From Candidatus Margulisiibacteriota bacterium (GTDB lineage: Bacteria; Margulisbacteria; WOR-1; O2-12-FULL-45-9; XYB2-FULL-48-7), in contig JAQVPA010000001.1 of NCBI GenBank assembly GCA_028702315.1, forward strand, positions 1 to 54,254: a stretch of 54,254 bases of DNA, given 5' to 3'. The notes under the pieces are model-generated. The model was not told where the DNA came from and ran no database searches. It saw only the letters and a list, made by a program, of their open reading frames with translations. Of this stretch, positions 38,431 to 47,228 are shown one piece after another (positions within the stretch are counted from its first letter, which is position 1; each line of letters opens with the position of its first letter). A program made the position numbers and the translations under genes.

Positions 38431-39518
38431 CAGCGCATGAACGGCGGCAGTTCAATATGTTCTTTGCTTGAACCGCTGGAACTACCGGACTGGTTGGACT
38501 GGCCGGCTGGAGTCGTGACCGTCCTTGGCCGGATGAACGGCATTGCTTCTTTTTCTTTCTTGGCTGATGGCTTAAAGCCGGTCGCGATAACTGTGACTAC
38601 TATATCACCCTGGAGTTTTTCGTCGATTGTCGCGCCAAAAATGATGTTGGCATCGGGATCGCCGGCATTGTAAATGACCTCGGCCGCTTCATTAACTTCA
38701 TAAAGCGTTAGGTCGGAACCGCCGGTAACGTTGAAGATAATCCCTTTCGCACCGGTGATCGTCTCTTCAAGCAGCGGCGAAGAGATGGCCGCTTCGGCCG
38801 CCGCGACCGCCCGGTTCTCGCCCGAGCCTGTCCCGATCCCCATCATCGCCGAGCCGGCCTCGTACATGATCGTCCGGACGTCGGCAAAGTCGAGGTTGAT
38901 TAACCCGGGAACAGTGATCAAGTCGGAAATGCCTTTAACCCCCTGTCTTAAGACATCGTCAGCAATTTTAAAAGCTTCGATAATGGAAGTTTTTCTTTCC
39001 ACGACCTGGAGGAGTTTATCATTGGGAATAACGATCAAGGCGTCAACTTTTTCCTTGAGGAGGGCGATCCCTGATTCAGCTTGGGAGATCCTGACCGGCC
39101 CTTCAAAGCGGAACGGCTTGGTGACGACGCCGACGGTCAAGCAGCCAAGCTCTTTGGCAACTTCAGCAATGACCGAAGAGGCGCCGGTGCCGGTCCCGCC
39201 TCCCATGCCGGCAGTCAAAAAGACCATGTCGGCCCCTTCGAGCGCTAATTTAATATCTTCGCGGCTTTCTTCGGCCGCTTTTTGCCCGATCTCGGGGTTG
39301 GAGCCGGCGCCGAGGCCGCGCGTCAGCTTCATTCCCAATTGAAGTTTGTGGTCGGAGAGGGAAACATTGAGCGCCTGAAGATCGGTGTTACAGCCCCAGA
39401 ACTCGACTCCCTTAACGCCGCCCGAGATCATCCGGTTGACGGCGTTGGTCCCGCCGCCGCCGATCCCAAAAACCTTGATCGTCGCGAAGCCTTGCCCGTT
39501 CTCTTTTGTTGTTGCCAT
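38430..39518 (-). CDS. ftsZ: Cell division protein FtsZ
   Basis: GGGTGTGA tubulin signature, NTDLQAL, and the C-terminal peptide IELPPFMR. Confidence 0.97.
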   Translation of the reverse strand: MATTKENGQGFATIKVFGIGGGGTNAVNRMISGGVKGVEFWGCNTDLQALNVSLSDHKLQLGMKLTRGLGAGSNPEIGQKAAEESREDIKLALEGADMVFLTAGMGGGTGTGASSVIAEVAKELGCLTVGVVTKPFRFEGPVRISQAESGIALLKEKVDALIVIPNDKLLQVVERKTSIIEAFKIADDVLRQGVKGISDLITVPGLINLDFADVRTIMYEAGSAMMGIGTGSGENRAVAAAEAAISSPLLEETITGAKGIIFNVTGGSDLTLYEVNEAAEVIYNAGDPDANIIFGATIDEKLQGDIVVTVIATGFKPSAKKEKEAMPFIRPRTVTTPAGQSNQSGSSSGSSKEHIELPPFMR

Positions 39519-39561
39519 AGTGGCATTATTTTAGCAATAGCCGAAGTCAAAAGCAAGTCAA

Positions 39562-40320
39562 CTATTTAAACTTAATAACAGGGTTGTTCGGATAGCGGAC
39601 ATCAATATATTCGACCTTGGACCAATTATCGCTGACCTTCGCCAGGAGTGCCTTGAAAACCTCCATTTTTCGGGGAATATTTTCGTCCCGGCCAACCTTG
39701 ATCCGGAGCAAGTCGTCGAGCAAGAAAGATATCTTCTCGAACCCCCCGGTCTCAAGCGAAATATGTTTTGACCCGAGCAGGTTGGAGAGCTCAATAATTA
39801 TATCGGCGATCAAGTGGGAGGCTTTGGGGTCGATCTTCTCGTCATCGATCACTTCGCGGCTGCCGAGGCCGGCCACAACCGGCAAGTCGGTCATGTTCGG
39901 AACGTTAAGCGAAAGGTTTGAGTTCCGGTTGAGGATGTAGCCATTCTTGTCAACGACCGCTGACTTGCCGGCCAAGAGAACAACCGCGATCGGCTTTCTT
40001 TCGGTGATGGAAACAATGACCGTGCCGGGCGGGAGCCGGTAAAGGTGGAAGCGTTCAATTGCCGTGATCCGCCTTAAATTATTCCTGGTCCGCGCAAAGC
40101 TGGTGAAGAATAAATTTTCCCCCAGTGGGATACCAGAAAGGTTCTTGATTTCGTTGGCGGAAAGCATGTTTGTCCCGTTGACCGCGACCTCGGTTATTTC
40201 CCAGATGGGGAGGGAGAGAAAGTAATATAAACAAATACAGAACAGAAAACCAAAAACCAGGGAAAGAAAAAAGCGGAAGCGGGGGCTCCGCTTTTTTCGG
40301 GTTTTAGTACGCGCTTTCAA
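39562..40320 (-). CDS. ftsQ: Cell division protein FtsQ/DivIB (POTRA)
   Basis: Basic N terminus, one TM segment, then a POTRA-like VAVNGTNMLSANEI. Its position between ddl and ftsZ supports the call. Confidence 0.8.
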   Translation of the reverse strand: MKARTKTRKKRSPRFRFFLSLVFGFLFCICLYYFLSLPIWEITEVAVNGTNMLSANEIKNLSGIPLGENLFFTSFARTRNNLRRITAIERFHLYRLPPGTVIVSITERKPIAVVLLAGKSAVVDKNGYILNRNSNLSLNVPNMTDLPVVAGLGSREVIDDEKIDPKASHLIADIIIELSNLLGSKHISLETGGFEKISFLLDDLLRIKVGRDENIPRKMEVFKALLAKVSDNWSKVEYIDVRYPNNPVIKFK

Positions 40321-41275
40321 GGATGTTTACCACCAGTTCATCGAACGAGATCCCTGCGTGCTTTGCCTCGGCCGGCAGGTCGGAGTGCTCGGTCATGCCG
40401 GGAATGGAATTAACTTCGTGGACAAACGGGATATGGTCGGACGAAACGATGATGTCGACCCGGGAAACACCGTAACAGCCGAGCGCCCGGTGGGCGGCCA
40501 ACGCTGTGGCCTGCGTCTTTTTGTAAAGCGCCGATGGCAAACGGGCGGGGAGGATAAATTCGGTCATGCCCGAAGTATACTTAGCTTCAAAATCGTAGAA
40601 TTCTTTTTTTGGCGCGAGCTCGAGGATTGGCAAGGCTTGCAGGTCATCGTCTTTTCCGATGATGCCGACCGTCACCTCTTTTCCTTTGATGAATTCTTCG
40701 ACAAAAACATCCTTGAACTCTTTAACGGTCTTTTGCAGTATCTTTTCCAGGTCATCGCTCTCCTTGGCGATCGAAACGCCAAGGCTCGACCCTTCGGAAA
40801 CCGGCTTAATAACGAGCGGGAAAGGGAAGACGCGCCTGATCTTGTCGGCTGTTTTCTTGATGTCGGTCTGTTTGTCGATCTCCATGTAGCGGGGCGTCGG
40901 AATACCGACGGAATCGAATATCCTCTTGGCGGCGAGTTTGCTCATCGCCAGGGCGGAAGCCAAGACTTTTGAGCCGGTATAAGGGATGCCGGCAACTTCG
41001 AGCAGTCCCTGGACGCAGCCATCCTCGCCCCAGCGGCCATGGAGGGCAATGTAGACAAGATCGATCTTCTTCTTTTTTAGCGTGGCGATCAGGTTATCTT
41101 CAAGGTCGAGCTTGATCACATTGAACTTCTGCTTCTTTAAGGAATCGAAGACCCTTTTGCCGGAACGAAGGGAAACTTCGCGTTCGCCGGAGCGTCCGCC
41201 GCAGAGAACGGCGATTTTCTTGTTCTTAAGGGATTTCATCTCTTTAATTTTACCATGAAGGACTGTCTTCGTCAT
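40304..41275 (-). CDS. ddl: D-alanine--D-alanine ligase
   Basis: IAVLCGGRSGEREVSLRSG, HGRWGEDG and an ATP-grasp EVNSIPGMT. An alternative start is ATG 41239. Confidence 0.9.
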   Translation of the reverse strand: MTKTVLHGKIKEMKSLKNKKIAVLCGGRSGEREVSLRSGKRVFDSLKKQKFNVIKLDLEDNLIATLKKKKIDLVYIALHGRWGEDGCVQGLLEVAGIPYTGSKVLASALAMSKLAAKRIFDSVGIPTPRYMEIDKQTDIKKTADKIRRVFPFPLVIKPVSEGSSLGVSIAKESDDLEKILQKTVKEFKDVFVEEFIKGKEVTVGIIGKDDDLQALPILELAPKKEFYDFEAKYTSGMTEFILPARLPSALYKKTQATALAAHRALGCYGVSRVDIIVSSDHIPFVHEVNSIPGMTEHSDLPAEAKHAGISFDELVVNILESAY

Positions 41276-41380
41276 TCGACTTTAGCAAGCAAAGAGAAAA
41301 GAACAAAGATATTAAAAGAGCGAAATTATCTTTGAAATGTGACGATAAATATATGAAAATCGTGCTGGAGTATTACATAG

Positions 41381-42352
41381 ATGCCAATATATCAATATTT
41401 TAATTTGGCGGTTGATCCAATATGCAAGAAAGGGAGAGCAAATAATTCCGCGGTTAAAACCGTGATAAATGTGGAGCTTAAAGGCGTGCGCCGGGCGCAG
41501 GGGAAAGCAGTCATTGTTGATCCCGAACGCGCTTCTGTTACCCTCTATCATCATCCCGAGGCGCCTTATTATGATTTTAGCCGATTTACTCTTGTTGATC
41601 AAAATGTGACTGGCAAACCACCAGCTCCAGGCTTAACCTATAAAGCGCCCCCCGGCAAACGGTTGGTGGAAATCGTGGACAGCGAAGTTGTTTTTGCTTG
41701 TTGTGGAGAGACTAATGGGCTCTGGGCGCCCAATAGCGTGATCGTTGCCGATGGCGAAGTGATAAAAAGAGAAGCCCCCGGTATTCACGCGAAAGAGAAA
41801 TACCCCTTAGAGGGAAAATTCCCATTTTTTGTTTTTGATGAAAAAAAACGCGGCTTAAATTACCTCTTGTTCGCGGCCGGCGAACTAAAAGAGCCGCTTG
41901 TGTTCAGCAACGGGATTTATGGCCCGGTTTTGATCCGTGATTGCCTGGAAGTTCTTTCCCCAACTGAAGAGGCGTATCCGCCCATTAAACCGAACCAAGT
42001 TCCTTGGGCCTACCCAAAAATCGCCGCGATAGCGGCCGTTGGCTTGGATATTAGGGGGGATTTTATTTTTTTGGCGATGGCTGGTGATCCGAAAGAGGCA
42101 TTAGAATGTTCCCCAAAAGATATTACTGATATTTTAATGCAACTGCAAACGCGTGAGGCGATCTTGCTTGGCTTGAGCGCCGACGTCCAACAGTATATTA
42201 AGTATCCCAACGGGCAGAAATCTTGGTTGGTCGGTAAACCGCGCCCCGGTTCTTCTATGGAGACAGCCTTTCCTCAAGGCCGCCCCATATCTAACGCGAT
42301 ATTAGTGAAAGATAAAACGACCGCCGATACGGGAAGGGATATCCGCTTCTAA
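41381..42352 (+). CDS. Hypothetical protein (323 aa); weak resemblance to the phosphodiester glycosidase (NAGPA/DUF2233) fold
   Basis: GGAG lies 10 nt before the ATG. AAVGLDIRGDFIFLAMAGDP...ITDILMQLQTREAILLGLSAD loosely follows the NAGPA C-terminal pattern but lacks DGGGS. Confidence 0.55.
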   Translation: MPIYQYFNLAVDPICKKGRANNSAVKTVINVELKGVRRAQGKAVIVDPERASVTLYHHPEAPYYDFSRFTLVDQNVTGKPPAPGLTYKAPPGKRLVEIVDSEVVFACCGETNGLWAPNSVIVADGEVIKREAPGIHAKEKYPLEGKFPFFVFDEKKRGLNYLLFAAGELKEPLVFSNGIYGPVLIRDCLEVLSPTEEAYPPIKPNQVPWAYPKIAAIAAVGLDIRGDFIFLAMAGDPKEALECSPKDITDILMQLQTREAILLGLSADVQQYIKYPNGQKSWLVGKPRPGSSMETAFPQGRPISNAILVKDKTTADTGRDIRF

Positions 42353-42893
42353 TAATGCTAACCCCGGGCAATAAGGTTGCTATAGTCATGCCAATTACCG
42401 CTCCATAATTGGGCGAAAAACCTTCGTGCGCAGCAGTGATAGCGCTAATTAACCCTATCATAGATATAAAGGCGCCTTTGAGTAAACTAACTGTGCCCTC
42501 TGCCAAATATCCTGAATTACCGCTGTTGCTCAACAATATCTTTTCTTTTGGATCAACAATTATTTTAGCGACTGAAGTTAAGACCGAAGCCCCGCTGCTA
42601 TACAATAAATATAAACATGAGGGCAAAAAGCTGAGTGGAGGGCTCGAATAACCACTAAAAGGATTGTTTTTTAAATAGTCGGGGACATAGAAATCAGGAA
42701 ACATGGTCTGGGCTGAATTTAATGAGAACCACATCGCTGTTGGAACAAGAAAATCCGTGTTTCTCAAAGTAGAATTTATTATATATTTTCCGGCCGCTTT
42801 CCCGGCCCCTAAAACCGTTTTCCCTGCCCCTTTTAGCGTAACAGCTTTTTGATTCGATCCCGATTTTATTGACCCTATAGTCATTAAGCTCAT
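42291..42893 (-). CDS. Hypothetical membrane protein (200 aa)
   Basis: Strong AGGAGGG RBS 7 nt before the ATG and several hydrophobic segments. Its 3' end overlaps the convergent gene by 62 nt. Confidence 0.6.
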   Translation of the reverse strand: MSLMTIGSIKSGSNQKAVTLKGAGKTVLGAGKAAGKYIINSTLRNTDFLVPTAMWFSLNSAQTMFPDFYVPDYLKNNPFSGYSSPPLSFLPSCLYLLYSSGASVLTSVAKIIVDPKEKILLSNSGNSGYLAEGTVSLLKGAFISMIGLISAITAAHEGFSPNYGAVIGMTIATLLPGVSIIRSGYPFPYRRSFYLSLISR

Positions 42894-42935
42894 TTTATTG
42901 CCCTCCTATCGTATCTTTACCCGACTCTTAAATAT

Positions 42936-42944
42936 TGCTATAAT
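42936..42944 (+). promoter_or_regulatory. Extended -10 promoter (TGCTATAAT) for icd
   Basis: The 9-mer is identical to the one at 37068-37076. A leader of about 50 nt follows. Confidence 0.45.
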
Positions 42945-42997
42945 GTATCGGTGCTTATTGGTGATAATTTCAGATTATTTTGATAGGGAATGTTTTT

Positions 42998-44077
42998 ATG
43001 GTTCATAAAATCACTTTAATACCCGGCGACGGGATCGGGCCGGAAGTTTCGAACGCGGCGCGGCGCTGTGTCGACGCGACCGGTGTCAAAATCGACTGGG
43101 AAATCGCCGAAGCCGGCGCCGATATCATCAAAAAATACGGGACGCCGCTGCCGGATTCCACTTTAGATTCGATCAGAAAAAACAAAATCGCCCTGAAAGG
43201 GCCGCTGACGACGCCGATCGGGACCGGGTTCCGCTCGGTTAACGTTGCTATTCGCAAAGAGCTCGATCTCTATGCTTGCCTTCGCCCGACCAGATCATAT
43301 AAAGGAGTTCGTTCAAGATACGAAAACATCGACCTGGTTATTGTCAGGGAAAATACGGAAGATCTCTACGCCGGCATTGAATTTGAAGAAGGGAAACCGG
43401 AAACAAAGTCCTTGATTTCTGAAATTGAGAAGCTGGGTAAAAAGAAAATAAAATCGGATTCCGGCATTTCAATCAAACCGATCTCGATCTCGGGTTCAAA
43501 ACGGATCGTTAAATTCGCGTTCGAATACGCGGTGAAGCACGGCCGGAAGAAAGTAACGGCGATCTCCAAAGCCAATATCATGAAATTCACCGACGGCTTG
43601 TTCTTTAAAGCCGCGCAGGAAGTCGCCAAAGAATACGCCGGCAAGATCGAATATGAAGAGCGTTTAATTGACAACATGTGCATGCAGCTGGTCCAGAAGC
43701 CGGAACTTTACGATGTTCTCTGTCTGCCTAATCTCTATGGTGACATCTTGTCAGACCTTTGTGCCGGTTTGATCGGTGGTTTGGGAATTGCCCCGGGGGC
43801 GAACCTGGGGGAGGGGATCGCGGTTTTTGAAGCAATTCATGGTTCAGCTCCTAAATACACTGGCCAGAACAAAGTTAACCCTGTCGCGATGATCTTGTCG
43901 GCTGTTTTGATGCTCGATTATTTAGGCGAGAAAGAGGCGGCTAAAAAGTTGGATAACGCTGTTGCCAAGGTTATCGCCGCCGGTAAGTCCGTGACTTACG
44001 ACTTGAAACCGAACCGCGACGACCCGACGGCCGCTTCCACTTCGCAGATGGCCGACGCGATAATTTCCGCTTTATAA
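42998..44077 (+). CDS. icd: Isocitrate dehydrogenase (NAD-type, isopropylmalate DH superfamily)
   Basis: [45 protein letters not shown] and NLYGDILSD. Confidence 0.85.
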   Translation: MVHKITLIPGDGIGPEVSNAARRCVDATGVKIDWEIAEAGADIIKKYGTPLPDSTLDSIRKNKIALKGPLTTPIGTGFRSVNVAIRKELDLYACLRPTRSYKGVRSRYENIDLVIVRENTEDLYAGIEFEEGKPETKSLISEIEKLGKKKIKSDSGISIKPISISGSKRIVKFAFEYAVKHGRKKVTAISKANIMKFTDGLFFKAAQEVAKEYAGKIEYEERLIDNMCMQLVQKPELYDVLCLPNLYGDILSDLCAGLIGGLGIAPGANLGEGIAVFEAIHGSAPKYTGQNKVNPVAMILSAVLMLDYLGEKEAAKKLDNAVAKVIAAGKSVTYDLKPNRDDPTAASTSQMADAIISAL

Positions 44078-44924
44078 CCTTTTCCCCAGTATATTCTTCA
44101 TATGTTATCCTGGAGATATCATTGATCAATAATCTTGCGTCGCGCTGCTTTTTGAAGCCATAGGTAAAAATAGAGAGAACATAATTCCCCTTTTTCGTGT
44201 AAATAATGCCGGCATCGTTCAATATCCCCTCCAGTTGGCCGGTCTTGTTGGCGACGTAGGTTCCCGGCGGCACGCCGCGCCAGATCCCCCAGCGGTAGCG
44301 CTGGTAATTCAGCCAGGCGATCATCTGTTTGGCCGACTTTTTGGAAAAACCGCGGCAATTATGGATCAATGAGAACTGCTTCGCCATATCCCAGGGGGAG
44401 GTCAGGTTATTGTTCGGATCGGGGGGTTCGACGAGCATCGTTGGGTCGACGATCCGGGTCTGTTTGAGGCCGATACTTTTAACATAGGCCTCGATCGATG
44501 GGAGAGTGACGGCATTGACGACGAGGCGGGTCGCGGTATTGTCCGAGAGAGTGATCATCAGCCGCATCAGGTTCCAGAGCGAGTATTCCCGCCCGCCTTT
44601 CATCCAGCGGAGGACGCCGGCCCCTTCCAGCTTATCGCTTTCCCGGAACATGACCCGTTTTTCGATGTCGAACGCGCCGCAGTCATAATAATGGTAAGCG
44701 GCTGCCATGACCGGGACTTTGCCGATCGAAGCGGCGGGGAATTCGCGCGAGCCGTTGACCGAAAATGACCAGCCGCTCTTGAGATCGATGAACGCGACAC
44801 CGACCCGGCTTTCGACCGTCGCGGTCAGCCGCGATAATCTTTGTTCCAGCCCAGCCCGGTTTAACGCCTGGGCCGAAGCGGCAAGAAAAAAAATTATAAG
44901 AAAAGATAGTGTTTTCCTAAGCAT
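43971..44924 (-). CDS. Class-A beta-lactamase-like serine hydrolase with an Arg-rich C-terminal tail
   Basis: Signal peptide, the SxxK motif (ASIGK), SDN (LSDNTA) and KTG (NKTGQL). The last ~35 aa are encoded antisense to the icd 3' end. Confidence 0.75.
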   Translation of the reverse strand: MLRKTLSFLIIFFLAASAQALNRAGLEQRLSRLTATVESRVGVAFIDLKSGWSFSVNGSREFPAASIGKVPVMAAAYHYYDCGAFDIEKRVMFRESDKLEGAGVLRWMKGGREYSLWNLMRLMITLSDNTATRLVVNAVTLPSIEAYVKSIGLKQTRIVDPTMLVEPPDPNNNLTSPWDMAKQFSLIHNCRGFSKKSAKQMIAWLNYQRYRWGIWRGVPPGTYVANKTGQLEGILNDAGIIYTKKGNYVLSIFTYGFKKQRDARLLINDISRITYEEYTGEKVIKRKLSRRPSAKWKRPSGRRGSVSSRKSRTYRRR

Positions 44925-44934
44925 TTGGCTTTAG

Positions 44935-45055
44935 CCCTCACCCGCTGGCGCTTAATATACCCCCCTCTCCCAAAGGGAGAGGGTTCGGAACTAACCGCAC
45001 TTTTTTCCCTCTCCCCCTGGGAGAGGGGGGAACGCTTTGCGTTAGCGGGTGAGGG
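44935..45055 (-). repeat. Nested-hairpin repeat element, copy 2 (inverted relative to copy 1)
   Basis: Outer arms CCCTCACCCGCT / AGCGGGTGAGGG (12/12 paired). Inner hairpins are at 44964-44984 and 45007-45027. Confidence 0.8.
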
Positions 45056-45079
45056 TAAAGGGTAATTTTCATTTTTTCG

Positions 45080-45088
45080 ATTATAACA
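45080..45088 (-). promoter_or_regulatory. Extended -10 (TGTTATAAT) that would drive the beta-lactamase-like gene through repeat copy 2
   Basis: The minus strand reads TGTTATAAT upstream of the element. No alternative promoter fits between the element and ATG 44924. Confidence 0.4.
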
Positions 45089-45103
45089 TAGCGGTCAAGC
45101 GGC

Positions 45104-45132
45104 TTGACGATGAATTAGAGTGAGAGTAAAAT
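45104..45132 (+). promoter_or_regulatory. Consensus promoter with leaderless geometry for the tautomerase operon
   Basis: TTGACG-17 nt-TAAAAT, then 6 nt to ATG 45139. Confidence 0.65.
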
Positions 45133-45138
45133 TTAATT

Positions 45139-45318
45139 ATGCCAATTGTAAATATCGGTTTATGGGCCGGGCGCGACAAAGAGACGAAAAAAAAGCTGAT
45201 CAAAAAGGTGACCGACGCCGTTTGCGCCACGGTCGGCTGCCCGCCGGAAAAAGTGATCGTGGTCATCGACGATATCCCGAAGGATAACTGGGGCGAGGGA
45301 GGAGAACAGGCAAAATGA
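45139..45318 (+). CDS. 4-oxalocrotonate tautomerase family protein (59 aa)
   Basis: My own translation gives MPIVNIGLWAGRDKETKKKLIKKVTDAVCATVGCPPEKVIVVIDDIPKDNWGEGGEQAK, with Pro1 after Met. The ORF is below the ORF-track length cut-off. An ATGA overlap joins it to the next gene. Confidence 0.8.
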   Translation: MPIVNIGLWAGRDKETKKKLIKKVTDAVCATVGCPPEKVIVVIDDIPKDNWGEGGEQAK

Positions 45319-45752
45319 GCGAATTATTAGATAAGATCAATAAGGACCTGCAGGCGGCGATGAAGGCGAAGGATGAGTTTCGTCTCGGCGTCATTCGGAT
45401 GATGAAGAGCAAAGTGCTCAATGTCAACGCCCGCGGCGACCTGCCGGAGGCGGAGGTCGTCAAGATCATTACCAAATATGGCAAAGGGCTTAAAGATTCG
45501 ATCGAAGAGTTCAAGAAGATCGGCCGGACAGCTGAAGTTAGCACGGTGGAAAAGGAGCTTACAGTCGTCCAAGAATATCTGCCGAAAGAACTTTCCCCGG
45601 AAGAGATCAAGTCGCTGGTCCAGCAAGTAATCGCCGAGACCGGCGCTGCTGCGATCAAGGATATGGGGAACGTGATGAAAGCGATGAAAGAGAAAGCACC
45701 CGGCGCCGACGGGAAGATTGTCAACCAATTTGTCCGGGAATTTTTAAAATAA
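45315..45752 (+). CDS. yqeY: GatB/YqeY-domain protein
   Basis: MSELLDKINKDLQAAMKAKDEFRLGVIRMMKS is a typical YqeY N terminus. Confidence 0.85.
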   Translation: MSELLDKINKDLQAAMKAKDEFRLGVIRMMKSKVLNVNARGDLPEAEVVKIITKYGKGLKDSIEEFKKIGRTAEVSTVEKELTVVQEYLPKELSPEEIKSLVQQVIAETGAAAIKDMGNVMKAMKEKAPGADGKIVNQFVREFLK

Positions 45753-46114
45753 TGGAGATCGCGACCCTTTTTATCATTGGTTTGTTAGCGGGGGGCTTAA
45801 GCGGCTTTATCGGGATCGGCGGCGCCACCATCATGATCCCCGCTCTCCTCTTGATCTACAAAATGACCCAGCATATGGCGCAAGGGACGTCGATCGTCGC
45901 CCTGCTTCTGCCGGTCGGCGCGCTGGCGGCAGTTAAATATTGGCAGGCAGGGAATGTTAATCTCAAATTTGCCGCTTTGATCGCGATCGGATTCCTGATA
46001 GGCGGATATATTGGGGCGGTCTTTGCCCAGCCGGTGCCGGATATTATTTTAAAGAGGATCTTTGCCGGTTACCTGATCGTGATCGCGTTGCAGATGCTTT
46101 TCTTCTCAAAATAA
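45752..46114 (+). CDS. Half-size TSUP (TauE/SafE) family membrane protein (120 aa)
   Basis: GLLAGGLSGFIGIGGATIMIPALL and about four TM segments, roughly half the usual ~250 aa. Confidence 0.7.
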   Translation: MEIATLFIIGLLAGGLSGFIGIGGATIMIPALLLIYKMTQHMAQGTSIVALLLPVGALAAVKYWQAGNVNLKFAALIAIGFLIGGYIGAVFAQPVPDIILKRIFAGYLIVIALQMLFFSK

Positions 46115-46137
46115 CATTTTGATCGTTAGCGGCGAAC

Positions 46138-46581
46138 TTAGCCCTTTTTAACGAGGAATAATTTCTGTCCGTACTCAACTGATTTGCCGTTCTCGGCCAA
46201 AATCTTGACGATCTTGCCGCGGATATCCGATTCGATCTCATTAAACAGCTTCATGGCTTCAACGATGCAGACGACTTTACCTGGTTCGACCTCGTCTCCG
46301 ATATTAACGAACGGCGGAGCTTCGGGTGATGGGGAGCGGTAAAAAGTTCCGACCATCGGCGAAGTGATAGCGAGCAAGCCTGCTTCTTCGGATGGTTCTT
46401 TGGTGGTGGGGGCAGGGTGTGAAGCGGGGATGGAAACGGAAACTGGTTGGGCAACTGGGCCGGAAGGGGCGCGTTCTCTGCGCACTTCGTATTTTATCCC
46501 TTTTTCTTCGATCGACAGGCAACTGACATCTTCATCCTTGACCATCTGAATCAGCTTCTTGAGTACTTCGAAATCAGCCAT
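46138..46581 (-). CDS. accB: Biotin carboxyl carrier protein
   Basis: CIVEAMKLFNEIES biotinylation motif. Start set at ATG 46581 with a GGAGGTG RBS. Confidence 0.9.
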   Translation of the reverse strand: MADFEVLKKLIQMVKDEDVSCLSIEEKGIKYEVRRERAPSGPVAQPVSVSIPASHPAPTTKEPSEEAGLLAITSPMVGTFYRSPSPEAPPFVNIGDEVEPGKVVCIVEAMKLFNEIESDIRGKIVKILAENGKSVEYGQKLFLVKKG

Positions 46582-46597
46582 TGGACACCTCCGGTGT

Positions 46598-46632
46598 AAT
46601 GTCAAATGTCCAATGACCAATGTCAAATGGAC
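46598..46632. repeat. Five tandem heptamers in the efp-accB spacer
   Basis: AATGTCA AATGTCC AATGACC AATGTCA AATGGAC. Confidence 0.8.
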
Positions 46633-46637
46633 GGATT

Positions 46638-47192
46638 CTAAGCTCTGCCAAGATATTTTCCTTCCCTGGTATCAATCTTCAAGGTGTCGCCGACGTTAAC
46701 AAAAAACGGGACTTGGATGACGACCCCGGTTTCCATTGTTGCCGGCTTGCCGCCCGAAACCGTGTCCCCTTTGAAGCCGGGGGACGTTTCCGTAACTTTG
46801 AGTTCGACCGTGGCCGGGAGATCGACATCAAGAAGCTCTTCACCAAAGAAAGAAAGGTTCGCCAGAAAGCCTTCTTTGAGGTACTTTGATGCGTCGCCGA
46901 CTTTAACTGCCGGCACGGCGATCTGTTCAAAAGTAGTCTGGTCCATAAAATGGAAAGCGTCGCCGTCGGAATAGAGGAATTGCATCGGTTTATAATCGAT
47001 GTGGGCTGGTTCGATCTTGGCTCCAGGCTTAAAAGAGCGCTCAGTGATTGCCCCAGTTCGCATGTTTTTGAAGCGGATCTTGATCCAGCTCTGCTGGGCG
47101 GCCCGTTGGAGGTGGTATTCCACCACCCGGAGCAGCTGGTTATCCAGGACGACGGACATTCCCGCCTTGGCGTCATTTATCGGTATCGACAT
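46638..47192 (-). CDS. efp: Elongation factor P family protein with a non-canonical (Lys-less) beta3-beta4 loop
   Basis: C-terminal GKPATMETGVVIQVPFFVNVGDTLKIDTREGKYLGRA. Start set at MSIPINDAKAG (47192). The ORF-track N-terminal extension overlaps plsY. Confidence 0.9.
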   Translation of the reverse strand: MSIPINDAKAGMSVVLDNQLLRVVEYHLQRAAQQSWIKIRFKNMRTGAITERSFKPGAKIEPAHIDYKPMQFLYSDGDAFHFMDQTTFEQIAVPAVKVGDASKYLKEGFLANLSFFGEELLDVDLPATVELKVTETSPGFKGDTVSGGKPATMETGVVIQVPFFVNVGDTLKIDTREGKYLGRA

Positions 47193-47199
47193 GGGTAAA

Positions 47200-47228
47200 A
47201 TTGTAGCAGCCTTGACGTCATTTTTCAA
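47200..47228 (-). promoter_or_regulatory. Promoter for efp with leaderless geometry
   Basis: The minus strand reads TTGAAA-17 nt-TACAAT, then 7 nt to ATG 47192. Confidence 0.6.

Noticed and set aside
38731-40972. + strand ORFs of 203, 107 and 204 aa
   Set aside because: They are antisense to ftsZ, ftsQ and ddl and have no independent support.
44984-44995. GGTTCGGAAC inside the repeat, considered as a tRNA T-arm-like sequence
   Set aside because: No acceptor, D or anticodon arms can be drawn. The motif is part of the conserved spacer of the repeat element.
46598-46632. Short tandem arrays considered as CRISPR-like
   Set aside because: The period is 7-8 nt with no spacers and there are no cas genes. 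These are not CRISPR arrays.
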